A stretch of 64,000 nt of DNA from Candidatus Obscuribacteraceae bacterium (GTDB lineage Bacteria; Cyanobacteriota; Vampirovibrionia; Obscuribacterales; Obscuribacteraceae): positions 1,107,435-1,171,434 of the forward strand of contig JBGAHS010000002.1 of NCBI GenBank assembly GCA_044226015.1, in the 5' to 3' direction. This document shows positions 29,701-40,341 of this stretch, piece by piece (within the stretch, counting starts at the first letter, position 1; each line of letters begins with the position of its first letter). The notes beneath the pieces were generated by a model. It was not told the origin of the DNA and ran no database searches. It saw only the letters and a program-made list of their open reading frames with translations. The translations under genes were made by a program, and so were the position numbers.

Positions 29701-30738
29701 CTAAGCGGCGTCTACCGCCGGAATTCGAACTCTAGCTGGCGAAGAATAGCCCTGTAACACAGCAGGAGTCGGCATCTCAAAACGCGCTACCTTGCTCCAG
29801 AAGCCTATTGTCTCACTCTCTTCTCGCAGTGAGTTCCAATACCAAGCCAAATACAGCTGAAGGTACTTTCTACTGATGCGCTGCCAAGTTTTTTTACATT
29901 CAGCAATGAATCCAGCAATAACTGCCATTGCTGCGACGGAGTTCCAAACTCGTTTCTCTGCCTGATTTATGAGCTTGTATGAATTTCCCTGGTTTGACTC
30001 CACAAGTCCCTTAAATTGGAGGCTCGTGATAGTCATCACTAAGTCGGAAAAATCAAATTTAGTCTTTTCGATGAGTTCGTCAATTGTCTGGAATGCGATC
30101 TCCGAAAGCTGTTCCAACACTGCCTTCTCACCAGGCAACAAATCAGTATTAGCACTTCCATCTAAACTCTGGGAATCCGGATAATTATGATCATGTTGCT
30201 GGTCACAATGCGGCTCGCAAAAATCGAAACAATCAGGGAAAATTCGGTCAAACGGTAACTGTTCTGCGCTCGGATGAGCATTCGCCGGTGTCTCGGAACT
30301 TCTTCTGCAGAACAATTCCAAAAATACTTGTGAAAAAGCTTCCGGCACTCCAACCATTTCGCCATCTAGAAACAAACCTACCGTCTTCTTAATACGATCT
30401 GCAGTCGAATAGGCGACCTGAAATATCAGGTGGAATCGATTTGCAGAGATTTTCACTCGCTTTTGAGCATACCAAAAGCCTGCGAACCACTCTCTCACTC
30501 TGAGCACACGATGAAACACCGTTCCAACAAAACTTGGATACTCTGCACCACAATAGGTACATTCATAGTGCCTGGGATCCGCTGTTTCGACGAAGTCATT
30601 TTGTTCGCAACGACTGCATTCTTGCCAATTTACTTTTGATGCCTCAATCAGCACTTTGAAGCATGAATCTTCATCCGGAAATTGTTCGTTAAAAAGCGGC
30701 AACAGTGCAAGAATTTCGCATTCTTCTTTATCACTCAT
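29701..30738 (-). CDS. IS1595-transposase-derived protein (Zn ribbon, HTH and winged helix; no evident DDE core)
   Basis: FPDEDSC, CSRC...CTYC, GTVFH, VAYSTA and ISRKYLQLYL resemble IS1595 transposase ends; the middle looks like a winged helix. Confidence 0.6.
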   Translation of the reverse strand: MSDKEECEILALLPLFNEQFPDEDSCFKVLIEASKVNWQECSRCEQNDFVETADPRHYECTYCGAEYPSFVGTVFHRVLRVREWFAGFWYAQKRVKISANRFHLIFQVAYSTADRIKKTVGLFLDGEMVGVPEAFSQVFLELFCRRSSETPANAHPSAEQLPFDRIFPDCFDFCEPHCDQQHDHNYPDSQSLDGSANTDLLPGEKAVLEQLSEIAFQTIDELIEKTKFDFSDLVMTITSLQFKGLVESNQGNSYKLINQAEKRVWNSVAAMAVIAGFIAECKKTWQRISRKYLQLYLAWYWNSLREESETIGFWSKVARFEMPTPAVLQGYSSPARVRIPAVDAA

Positions 30739-30990
30739 GGAATTTCACCTCTCACGAAGGGGCTAATCCTATAACGTTGAGAATGCGAAAATAGTTCAAA
30801 AAATGGAGATAAAAAGAGCAATCAAAGCAGTCGATTTAACGTGATTGTCAAGCCCCCGAAGCGGTTTTGAGGTTTTTCTGATAACAGCTTCTTGTATGTT
30901 GAGAAACCAAATTTAGACTTTTTGAAAAGAACTTTTTAGATAGAAGTGAATAGAATTTTGGGCACGGCAAAATCGTGCGCAACGGCAACC

Positions 30991-31448
30991 GCATTCAGTC
31001 AATCGTGCACGCAGCCAGATTGCGCGGCACAATGATTCACACAGGACACAGAGCAATCGGATTTGGATAGCTATTTGCATTCAGTCAATCGCGCACGCAG
31101 CCAGATTGCGCGGCACAATGATTCACACAGGACACAGAGCAATCGGATTTGGATAGCTATTTGCATTCAGTCAATCGCGCACGCAGCCAGATTGCGCGGC
31201 ACAATGATTCACACAGGACACAGAGCAATCGGATTTGGATAGCTATTTGCATTCAGTCAATCGCGCACGCAGCCAGATTGCGCGGCACAATGATTCACAC
31301 AGCACACAGAGCAATCGGATTTGGACAGATCATCTGCACTCAGTCATGCTCGCAATGCAATCGGATTTGGACAGATCATCTGCACTCAGTCATGCTCGCA
31401 ATGCAATCGGATTTGGACAGATCATCTGCACTCAGTCATGCTCGCAAT
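30991..31448. repeat. Compound tandem repeat: 86-bp unit x~4, then a related 46-bp unit x3
   Basis: GCATTCAGTC at 30991, 31077, 31163 and 31249; GCAATCGGATTTGGACAG at 31311, 31357 and 31403. Confidence 0.9.
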
Positions 31449-31721
31449 ATGAATCAACCTAAGTTAAGCTAGATTTGCACGCGGCTACTGAACCCGTCGG
31501 ATTCGCACGGATTCGCGACAGTTACCCGCATGCGAAAATTCCCTTGTGAGCGACAGAAAACGTGATTCAGCAGCTTCTCTTTTCTTCTGCGCAAGCGTTG
31601 CTTCATTCAGATTTTGCGTGGAAGCCGCTGCACCAAGAAAGCATTCACCTGTTCATGCTACAAGCTAGAGAATAGTAGGTCCAATTTAATAAGAAGATTA
31701 GGCGAAATACTTGTTCTTCCG

Positions 31722-32804
31722 CTAAAATTTCCAATAAGGAGCATTTGTAAGTCGTTCAAATCCATCCGCAGTTACCACGAGATCGTCTTCTATACGGACG
31801 CCTCCGAAGCCCTCGATGTAGATCCCTGGCTCATCGGTAACAACCATACCTTCCTGAAATGGATCATTCAAATAATCATAGGGATCATGCGCCACCAACC
31901 CCAGACTGTGCCCCAGCCCATGGGAGAAGTATTTTCCATAGCCACATGATTCTATGTAATCACGCGCAACTCTATCAAATTCTGTGTACATGATTCCCGG
32001 CTTAAGCACTTTTGCAGCCTTTCTGTTCGCATCCAATACTACCTTGTAAATCTCGACCAATCGCGCGTCGGGCTTTTTGCCAGGTACAAATGCAGTACGG
32101 GTAATATCAGAGCAGTAACCCCCTGTATAAATACCACCAAAGTCCATAACAACAGGCTCGCCAGCCTTCAGTTTCCTGCTCCCAGTTGAATGGTGAGGTA
32201 CCGCAGAATTAGGTCCACTGGCAACTATTGTTGTGAAACTATTGGCGGTGGCACCATTCTTGCGAAGGCGCATATCGATTTCGAAGCACAATTCTGACTC
32301 TGTCATCCCGGGACGAATAAGCGGTAGCACCTCGTTGTACACTTTGCTGGTGGAACGACAGGCTTTGCGTAGGCAATCGATCTCGTCTTCATCTTTGAAT
32401 TGCCTCAGTCGCTCAACAAAATGAACTGTTGGCACCAAAGTCGCTTTGATTTCTCTATTCCAGCGACCAAGCAGATCGACCGAAACATGCGTAGCTTCGA
32501 AAGCCACCCTTGGCTTTTTAGCTGCTTTAGCTTTTTTGAGCAAGTCATTGATAATCGCAGAAACGCTTCCTTTGCGCTCCAACTTTACCATCCTGAAGTG
32601 TTTCACTTCAGAGGGCACGCGCAACCAGTAACGCGGGTCCACAATTATGAAAGCCTGCTTTTGTGTTATCAACAAATGAGCTGCACTGCCACCAAATCCA
32701 CTCAAATAGAGTACATTTTGATTGTCCGACTCAAATACACGCACTATCAGAGCGTCGAGTTTCTGCTTAATCAGTTCTTTCTGGATTTTCTGTACTCTAT
32801 TCAT
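31722..32804 (-). CDS. Xaa-Pro peptidase (M24B family)
   Basis: YLSGF, SGPNSAVPHH, DFG, YCSDITRT, HGLGHSLGL, EPGIY and GVRIEDD motifs. Confidence 0.92.
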   Translation of the reverse strand: MNRVQKIQKELIKQKLDALIVRVFESDNQNVLYLSGFGGSAAHLLITQKQAFIIVDPRYWLRVPSEVKHFRMVKLERKGSVSAIINDLLKKAKAAKKPRVAFEATHVSVDLLGRWNREIKATLVPTVHFVERLRQFKDEDEIDCLRKACRSTSKVYNEVLPLIRPGMTESELCFEIDMRLRKNGATANSFTTIVASGPNSAVPHHSTGSRKLKAGEPVVMDFGGIYTGGYCSDITRTAFVPGKKPDARLVEIYKVVLDANRKAAKVLKPGIMYTEFDRVARDYIESCGYGKYFSHGLGHSLGLVAHDPYDYLNDPFQEGMVVTDEPGIYIEGFGGVRIEDDLVVTADGFERLTNAPYWKF

Positions 32805-33124
32805 CAGGGAAGCTCATCACGGGAATCATGGGAACGCGAAATAAATCTACCATGTGCCAGCAAAGGTAGTCTGTGAAAAGTGAAATCCTGCAGGAACTTA
32901 GATTTGCGGAAGAGTTGCGGATGGGCAAATTTCCGCTGCATCCGGGACGAACTTGTACAGTGCAAGCAAATTTCTGTGAAAGCAAGCGAACTCGGTGAGA
33001 ATGCGAAAAGAGGAGCTGACCTTCTCTGAACGAAAAAACTGTACTAACAGAAAACAGACAAGAAGCGATGTGGATATCAAGAACTGGAAAATCTTTGCCG
33101 CGGAAACCAAGCAAATTCCACGAT

Positions 33125-33206
33125 TTTGATCGATATCGACCAAAATCGTGCTTTCTTACGTCCGCAAACCAAGTAGATTGAATCCATCAGATCGATATCG
33201 ATCAAA
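33125..33206. repeat. Paired palindrome element
   Basis: Centres at 33132 and 33194 (62 bp). Confidence 0.85.
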
Positions 33207-33280
33207 ATCAGAATTTTAAGTGCAAAAAGCGGTAGAAAAGGAAAAAGGGCAGGAAAGTAAGAAAAACACCACAGAAGATT

Positions 33281-33718
33281 CAAAACACTAACCAAAATCG
33301 CAATCAAAACTGCGATTAGGGCTTTACTCCACTCAAAAAGTGCAAAAAGCAAGAAAAGCTCCACAAAAAGTGCAAAACACTAACCAAAACCACAATCAAA
33401 AACTGCAATTGGGTCTTTACTCCACTCAAAAAGTGCAAAAAGCAAGAAAAGCTCCACAAAAAGTGCAAAACACTAACCAAAATCGCAATCAAAAACTGCA
33501 ATTGGGTCTTTACTCCACTCAAAAAGTGCAAAAAGCAAGAAAAGCTCCACAAAAAGTGCAAAACACTAACCAAAATCACAATCAAACTGCAATTGGGTCT
33601 TTACTCCACTCAAAAAGCGCAAAAAGCAAGAAAAGCTCCACAAAAAGTGCAAAACACTAACCAAAATCACAATCAAAACTGCAATTGGGGATTTACTCCA
33701 CTCAAAAAGTGCAAAAAG
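33281..33718. repeat. A-rich tandem repeat, ~92-bp unit x~4.7
   Basis: TTTACTCCACTCAAAAAG recurs at roughly 92-bp intervals. Confidence 0.9.
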
Positions 33719-33719
33719 C

Positions 33720-33750
33720 GGCAGGGTTAGATTGTTAGTCTAACCCTGCC
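33720..33750 (-). terminator. Terminator of the mscS-pepA unit
   Basis: GGCAGGGTTAGA/TCTAACCCTGCC stem with a T run on the minus strand. Confidence 0.7.
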
Positions 33751-33806
33751 ACCAAGAGGGAAGCACCGCAACATAGAATGCTGTTACGGTGCTTCCCAAG
33801 CAAAGA

Positions 33807-35318
33807 CTACTTGCCGGATCCGTTGCCGAACTTGCGAACCAGCTCGACAAGGGTGCGAACGCCCCAGCCAGTGCCCTGCTCTTGAGCGAAGGCGACGGCC
33901 GCGATATCCAGGTGCACCCACGGCGTCTTGCCAGCAAAGCGGCTCAGGAATTGAGCCGCCGTGATGGAGCCAGCGCCAGCATCGCCACCCGAGTTCTTCA
34001 GGTCAGCGATTTTCGAATCGTTGGCACGTGCAAGCTCTTCCCAGAGGGGGAGCTCCCACGCGAGTTCGCCGACCGCAGCCCCCGAGTCGATCACCTTGCG
34101 GGTAAACTCAGGCGAGTTGCCGAACGCACCAGCCCCGGCCGAACCAAGAGCCACACGAATGGCTCCAGTGAGCGTCGCGACATCCACGATGTGCGTTGCT
34201 CCCTGACGCTTGGCGAACTCGATCGCGTCAGCAAGGGTCAGGCGCCCCTCGGCATCGGTGTTGTCCACCTCAACCGTCAGTCCCGCCATCGAGTGGAGGA
34301 CGTCACCAGGCTTCATAGCCTTGCCGCTGACCATATTCTCGGTCGCTGCCATCAGCACCTTCACACGCACAGGCAGCTTGAGTGCCGAAATGGCGCTCAT
34401 CGCCGCGAGCGTCGCCGCACCACCACCCATGTCACACTTCATGTGCCGCATGCCGGCGGAGGGCTTCAGGTCGTAACCGCCAGAGTCAAAGGTGACCGAC
34501 TTGCCGATCAGCGTGAGCAGCACGTTCGGGTCGGCGTCAGCCGGCGAATAGTCCATCTCGATGAGAACCGGAGGCTCTGCAGATCCGCGACCGACCGCCA
34601 GGAAGCAGTTGGCGCCCATCTTGCTCAGCTCCTTCGCGTGATAGAGAGTCACCGTGACAGCACCATTGCTGTCTGCGGCGACCTTCTTCGCTTCACGCGC
34701 AAGCCGAGATGGCGTCATCGTTCCCGAGGGCTCTGTGACGAGATCCCGAGCGAGATTGACCGCACGAGCGAGCGCCTGACCCTGACGCAGTCCGTCGGAC
34801 AGGCCGGAATCGCCGGTGGCGCCGACCAGCGAAACTTCAGAAAGGCGAACTTCCGGCCTGTGACCGCCAATGCTCGTCTTCTGATGGTTCATCACATAGT
34901 CGACCGTTCCTGCGGATTCGCCAACAGCACGACCGAATTCCTCAGGGCTGACACCAAGACCTGCGAGGTCAGGAACAGCCAGAGACACATGCGTCACCTT
35001 GAGCAACCTGGCTTGCTGGAAACCAGCCTCGAGCCCCTTGCGCAGACGCCGACCGTCGAGCTTGGAGCGTTCGCCCATGCCAACATAGACGGTGCGAGCG
35101 GCCGCCGAGAACGAACCGGAAAACTGCAGCATGGTCGAGCCATGCTTTGCGGTGAAATTCTCGGCCGCAGCTTGTCCAGCGAAGAGACCCGCGCTCGCGG
35201 AAATCAGCCCCTGGACGTGGGTGGAATCGAGTTCAGACTCGAACACCGGAACGATGAGGAGCTGAGCAGCATGCTGAGTGGCATTAGCACTCAGCGCACG
35301 AAGTTTTATAGAGGGCAT
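33807..35318 (-). CDS. pepA: Leucyl aminopeptidase (M17 family)
   Basis: GKSVTFDSGG, MKCDMGG, NTDAEGRL, ATLTGA and WVHLDIA motifs. Confidence 0.93.
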   Translation of the reverse strand: MPSIKLRALSANATQHAAQLLIVPVFESELDSTHVQGLISASAGLFAGQAAAENFTAKHGSTMLQFSGSFSAAARTVYVGMGERSKLDGRRLRKGLEAGFQQARLLKVTHVSLAVPDLAGLGVSPEEFGRAVGESAGTVDYVMNHQKTSIGGHRPEVRLSEVSLVGATGDSGLSDGLRQGQALARAVNLARDLVTEPSGTMTPSRLAREAKKVAADSNGAVTVTLYHAKELSKMGANCFLAVGRGSAEPPVLIEMDYSPADADPNVLLTLIGKSVTFDSGGYDLKPSAGMRHMKCDMGGGAATLAAMSAISALKLPVRVKVLMAATENMVSGKAMKPGDVLHSMAGLTVEVDNTDAEGRLTLADAIEFAKRQGATHIVDVATLTGAIRVALGSAGAGAFGNSPEFTRKVIDSGAAVGELAWELPLWEELARANDSKIADLKNSGGDAGAGSITAAQFLSRFAGKTPWVHLDIAAVAFAQEQGTGWGVRTLVELVRKFGNGSGK

Positions 35319-35349
35319 TTTCTAATCCTTCTGCTTGTTGAAATTGAAG

Positions 35350-36033
35350 TCAGCTGCGCGGGTCCTGATAATCAGGCGGCAGCAGGAGTGGAGACTTTGC
35401 CGGCTTCTTTGTCTTGAGCGCCCGAGCCCAGATCTCACGATTTGGAACTCGGATGACATCAGCCTTGGACTCGATGGTCGTGGATAGCATCCCGACCTCG
35501 CGCACAGAGCCTTGCACATCAAGACCTTCGACCTTCACCTCGTCTTTTTCTGTGATCTTGCGGGTGAACTGAATCAAGAGCCCACAAATGAAGTCGTTGG
35601 CGGCGCCCTGCAAAGACAGAGTCAGAGCAGCACCGAAAACACCGAAGCCAACGATGAATCGGCTTATGAACTCGGCAGCCGTGAGGCTGAGAACCAGGAC
35701 GGCGACCACAGACCAGTAGAAAAACTTGAAGAGTTTGAGCGAGAGATCCTTGCCCCGGTCGGAAGCGTGGGTCTTGCTCAGGACGGCTTCAAATGCCGTA
35801 CAGAACGGCTTGTAGAACACCCACGCGATGTTGACCATCAGCGCACCGAACATCAGGTCGATGGCGAACGGCAGCATTTTGTGGAAGTAGTCCAGGAATG
35901 CCTGTCGCAGAGTCACATGGATATACGGGCTGAACACGTCGGTAACAGACGCGACGGTAACCAGCACGATCACCAGCAACATGGGCAGGAATTTCTGGAA
36001 GTTGCGGAAGAACGTTGTGACGATTCGGATCAT
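35350..36033 (-). CDS. Mechanosensitive channel (MscS family)
   Basis: TM helices, then GAALTLSLQGAANDFICG, GSVREVGMLST and VPN; start re-called at ATG 36033 (GGAGG SD). Confidence 0.85.
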   Translation of the reverse strand: MIRIVTTFFRNFQKFLPMLLVIVLVTVASVTDVFSPYIHVTLRQAFLDYFHKMLPFAIDLMFGALMVNIAWVFYKPFCTAFEAVLSKTHASDRGKDLSLKLFKFFYWSVVAVLVLSLTAAEFISRFIVGFGVFGAALTLSLQGAANDFICGLLIQFTRKITEKDEVKVEGLDVQGSVREVGMLSTTIESKADVIRVPNREIWARALKTKKPAKSPLLLPPDYQDPRS

Positions 36034-36849
36034 GTTTGTCCTCCGTTTACGGAAGGTTTGGACGAAAGACCGACCGAGAAACAGAACCACAACCATCTGG
36101 GCAGGCTTAGGCGCTGCTTCAGGAATGGAAGATTTACTCGTGGTCTGGCTCTGGCGGCTTTGTCCTGGGTGGAAAGAAGAAACTCGTTACAGACAGAAAC
36201 TACCTGGTTTCCAAGCCCTAAATCAATTCTTGAAAAATTACTTCTTGATTAGTTAGTTTATTAGTGCATTTATTGGCAATTTCTCAGTATCAAAGCGAGG
36301 CTGCGCAAGCATTGAAGCGAGGTTGCGCAAGCATCCAGAACCTGTCTTAAATGGGCACTTTTCAGATGCGCAATCAAAACTTAGACGCACCTCACTTTGA
36401 ACAGTCCATTGGAACAGTCTATACAAGCCGAATTTATCTCAATTTTTCGGTGCTCTCGCGAACGAAAAATGATCTAGCAGAGATCGCGCAAGAGGTAACG
36501 TGATTTAGGATGGGCGGATTTATCCACTTCACAAAACCCTGACAAGAAGACATTTCCACGTCGCCAATCTCGTGAAATTAAGCCGGAATAAGGAGTAATT
36601 ACGAAAAAAAACTTTCAACACTTGGTATCCAGGAGCCACGCGGCTTGCGATTTCAGCTGCAAAAACAGTAGTTTATGAACATATTCCAGCCCCAGCCCAC
36701 AGTCCAGGAAAACCTCAGCCCACAAAGCTTCAAGAACTTTGCTATCGCAAGAATCTGGAATTAACTTCCAGTAGCCGAGACTGCCCAGCGAGGATTCTGA
36801 ACATCTGCCTCAAGCAGATGCGAATTAGTTCCACACCCGAGCACTTAGC

Positions 36850-37010
36850 CACTTACACACTTGGGCACTCGCGTACTTGGGCACTTGGACAGCGCTCTTG
36901 AATACATGGGCACTTGCGCTCTTGAATACATGGGCGCTTGCGCTCTTGAGCTCATGGGCACTTGCGCTCTTGAGCTCTTGGGCACTTGGGCACTTGGGCA
37001 CTTGGGCACT
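36850..37010. repeat. Short tandem repeats (8-bp GGCACTTG and 24-bp units)
   Basis: GCGCTCTTGA..ATGGGCACTT x4 and CACTTGGG runs. Confidence 0.75.
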
Positions 37011-37121
37011 ATTTTCGATTAGAGCCAGACGTCATGGCTCTGCCTGCCTGTATCTCGTTGCGAAACGAGATACAGCACCACATCGTCCACCAGAGCAAAG
37101 TCACTTTGCAAAGGATTATCT

Positions 37122-37697
37122 ATGCAAGTAAAGCCTGCCGGAAAAGGAGACAAGAGCTCAACCAGTCCACCAGAACCTGATGCTCACCAACCGACGCCAA
37201 CTCAGTACATCCCTCCACCCTCGCCGCCGATACCTCCCGGCGGTCCATTCCCCTTACCGCAGATCCCGCTGGAGACAGTGTGGGACGTCGCAAGGATCGT
37301 CATCTTCGTCCTTACCTGGTACGTAACCAATGACGCCAACAAGGCGTTGGTCCACTACGTGGATTATTCGCAAATGGCTGCCGACTCAAACTCGCTCATG
37401 GGAGCTAGCTGGCAAGGCGCTTCAATTGGCTTACTCCAGGGGATGATCATGTCAGTGCAAGCGCTGGCAATCATCTGGGCATCACCGACACTGTTCCTGT
37501 ACTTGGGTCCTGTCCTGAGTGCTGCGCTTAAAACACCAATCCAACTTGTCGCAGAATTCCGACGGGCACTTCACCCGCCTGAGGGAGACAAGCCAGGCAA
37601 GCCCGGTAAGCCGGATGCACCGAACAAACCGGATAAGCCGGATGCACCAAGCGAACCGGACAAGCCAGGCGCACCGAACGGTAAGCCGGACCGGTAA
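37122..37697 (+). CDS. Pro-rich membrane protein
   Basis: AAGGA SD; Pro-rich N-terminus, hydrophobic core, KPD-repeat tail. Confidence 0.6.
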   Translation: MQVKPAGKGDKSSTSPPEPDAHQPTPTQYIPPPSPPIPPGGPFPLPQIPLETVWDVARIVIFVLTWYVTNDANKALVHYVDYSQMAADSNSLMGASWQGASIGLLQGMIMSVQALAIIWASPTLFLYLGPVLSAALKTPIQLVAEFRRALHPPEGDKPGKPGKPDAPNKPDKPDAPSEPDKPGAPNGKPDR

Positions 37698-37900
37698 GCC
37701 GGATGCACCGAACAAGACGGATAAGCCGGATGCACCAAGCGAACCGGACAAGCCAGGCGCACCGAACGGTAAGCCGGACCGGTAAGCCTGACGCCCAGGA
37801 ACCGAACGGTAAGCCGGACCAGTAAGCCTGACGCCCAGGAACCGAACGGTAAGCCGGACCGAACAGACGCACCGGACCCGGACCGGCGAGCCTGACGCCC
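37590..37900. repeat. 88-bp and 40-bp direct repeats at the 3' end of the Pro-rich gene
   Basis: CCGGTAAGCC at 37603, 37691 and 37779. Confidence 0.8.
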
Positions 37901-38196
37901 AGACAGCGTGATAACGGGCAACGGCTGACAGAGACAGCATTGGATGCTCTCAAAAAAAACCACCGAATCCTGAGACAACAGTCATGCGCTCCTTTGGACC
38001 GTGGCTCGCTGTTCGTTGGGATATGTCAGCTGACTTCTCACTCGTTCATCGGACCAAGCTGCTGAGCTGACACCGGTCGGCTTCTCAGGTCCATCCTCTA
38101 ACCGCTGAGCAACTCAGCAACGACACAGCTGTTCGATCAGAGCTCGGGGCATTGCCAAAACTCTGATGTTCTTTTTCCAATCGAAAAGAGTTCAAC

Positions 38197-38598
38197 ATGC
38201 ACAGACCGCAACGCTACCCTGTGCTGCCTTTGGTCGCGCTCGCGACCATGGCTGCATGCATCTTTTGCTTCTCTACAGGAGTATTCTCCGCAAGCAACAC
38301 CGCCCAGTTCTTCGGTGAATACAACTTCTACGCGCGCAAGCTGGCACACATCAGCGAGTACGCACTCTTGTTTCTCATAAGTCGCTATGCACTGAGCAAA
38401 GTGCTTCCCAACAGAAGCACCGCGTTTCATTGCGCAGCGTCCCTTGGTTTTGCCGCGCTATTCGCCGCTACCGATGAATGGCACCAAACCTTCGTTCCAA
38501 GTCGAACCGGCAACGTCTTCGACATGTACATCGACTGGAGCGGCGCAATTCTGGGATTCATCCTCTACACGGGACACAGAGCCCTTCGCAGCAGGTAA
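38197..38598 (+). CDS. VanZ family membrane protein
   Basis: RKLAHISEYALL and DEWHQTFVPSRTG...D motifs. Confidence 0.88.
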   Translation: MHRPQRYPVLPLVALATMAACIFCFSTGVFSASNTAQFFGEYNFYARKLAHISEYALLFLISRYALSKVLPNRSTAFHCAASLGFAALFAATDEWHQTFVPSRTGNVFDMYIDWSGAILGFILYTGHRALRSR

Positions 38599-38701
38599 GG
38601 AATCCGCTTCTTCTGTGCACCACTGGAGGTGCGTGACAAAAACTACTTGAACACAGAACAGCGCGACTGGCCGAGCCAGTAAGCGCTGCAGGAACAACAC
38701 C

Positions 38702-39970
38702 ATGACCGCCCGAAACAACGCAGAGCTCGCTGCCCATCACCGGCAAGCGAAAGGGTTGATGACTTTTTTCGCGCTTGTCTTCATCGCCGAAGGGCTGGGA
38801 CAAGTCTCGGGACTCATCAACCAACCACTCAGTTACTACCTACTCAAAACCAACGGCTGGAACGCGGAGCAAATCAACGCATTCCTGTCGGTGCTCGTGA
38901 TTCCGTGGATTATCAAGCCACTCTACGGCATTGTCTCCGACTTCGTGCCACTGTTCGGATATCGCCGCAAGACCTACCTGTTCCTTGCGAACCTTGCTGC
39001 AACGGTGGGCTATCTGTGGATCTTCAACCTGACTCAAACCTCTAGCATCCTGATTGCACTGATGCTCACATCAGTGGGCATGGCAGCATCAAGCACGCTG
39101 AGCCAGGCTTTGATGGTCGAAAACGGCAAGAAAACAGGAATGAACAGTAAGTTCGTCACACAGCAATGGCTCTGGTTCTTCATTGCTGCCATTGGCACCT
39201 CGTACGCCGGTGGTCAGCTGTGCCAACATCTGAGCCCTGAAGCAGCGATGCACACCGCTGCTTTGATCGTCGCCATCGCCCCTGTTGGTGTGATGATCGG
39301 CTGTTGGATTTACGTTCACGAGGAACCAGCGAAAATCAATGCTGAGGGATTCAAGAAAAGCCTTGTCAGCTTGAAAAATGGCTTGATGTCGAAAACCCTT
39401 TGGGTCGTGGGCGGATTCATATTCGCATACAACTTCAGCCCGGGATTCGGCACTCCCCTGTACATCCACATGTCTGACAATCTGAAGTTTGGTCAGGACT
39501 TTATTGGTACTCTGGGAGCATTAAGTGCAGCAGGAAGCATCGCTGGAGCGTTTGCCTATTCTTGGTTGTCTAAGCGCATGCAACTCAGACACCTGCTCTA
39601 TCTGTGCATCGCAATGGGAGCAGTGTCGCAAGGTTCGTTCGTTTTCCTTCATGGCGAAACGAGCGCAATTCTGCTGAACATCTCACATGGATTTGCTGCG
39701 ATGATTGCTCTGCTTGCTTCACTGACGCTGGCTGCGGACTCGTGCCCAGAGGGGTCAGAGGGATTCACGTATGCGCTGCTGATGTCCGTCAACAATTTGT
39801 CGTCTCCCGCTTCGAGCAGTAGCGGCGCATGGCTCTACGAGCATGTTTTCGAGCACAACCTGACGCCACTGATCATCGTGTCTGCCGTAGTCACATTGTT
39901 CGCTGCCTTTCTAGTCCCCACGCTGAAACTGGGCAATCGTAAGCCTGGACAGCATAATGCGGAAGCATAG
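38702..39970 (+). CDS. MFS transporter, folate-biopterin (BT1)-like
   Basis: PWIIKPLYGIVSD, FGYRRKTY and CPEGSEG...ALLMS motifs; about 12 TM segments. Confidence 0.85.
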   Translation: MTARNNAELAAHHRQAKGLMTFFALVFIAEGLGQVSGLINQPLSYYLLKTNGWNAEQINAFLSVLVIPWIIKPLYGIVSDFVPLFGYRRKTYLFLANLAATVGYLWIFNLTQTSSILIALMLTSVGMAASSTLSQALMVENGKKTGMNSKFVTQQWLWFFIAAIGTSYAGGQLCQHLSPEAAMHTAALIVAIAPVGVMIGCWIYVHEEPAKINAEGFKKSLVSLKNGLMSKTLWVVGGFIFAYNFSPGFGTPLYIHMSDNLKFGQDFIGTLGALSAAGSIAGAFAYSWLSKRMQLRHLLYLCIAMGAVSQGSFVFLHGETSAILLNISHGFAAMIALLASLTLAADSCPEGSEGFTYALLMSVNNLSSPASSSSGAWLYEHVFEHNLTPLIIVSAVVTLFAAFLVPTLKLGNRKPGQHNAEA

Positions 39971-40111
39971 TTGTGGGATCATCTCGTTTTAGCCGAGACA
40001 AGAGGGGTGATCTGCGCAAGCAGATCCGCCCCTCTTGATTTCACCGATTACTACTATACTGCTTCGTACAACGCAGAAAACTACGACTAGTAACGCAGTC
40101 TTTTTTCCAAT

Positions 40112-40193
40112 TTTGATCGATATCGATCAAAATCTCCATTTCTCGATCCCGCAAACCCAGTAAATTGCCTCTCCAAAATCGATATCGATCAAA
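40112..40193. repeat. Paired palindrome element
   Basis: Centres at 40119 and 40181 (62 bp). Confidence 0.85.
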
Positions 40194-40341
40194 AATGGAA
40201 TTTGAAGGTCGAATTCAGCTGACAACACGACGCCTTCTGACAACCAGGACTTATCGTGTATAACTAAAATAATCGCCATCGAAATTAAAACGTTATTTGC
40301 AATCCATCCACTACTGCTGCTGAAATTTTAAGAACTAAAAA

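Noticed and set aside
29701..30738. Active IS element
   Set aside because: No DDE motifs, terminal inverted repeats or target duplications were found.
33789..35417. 542-aa plus-strand ORF
   Set aside because: Antisense to the clear pepA; typical of GC-rich codon usage.
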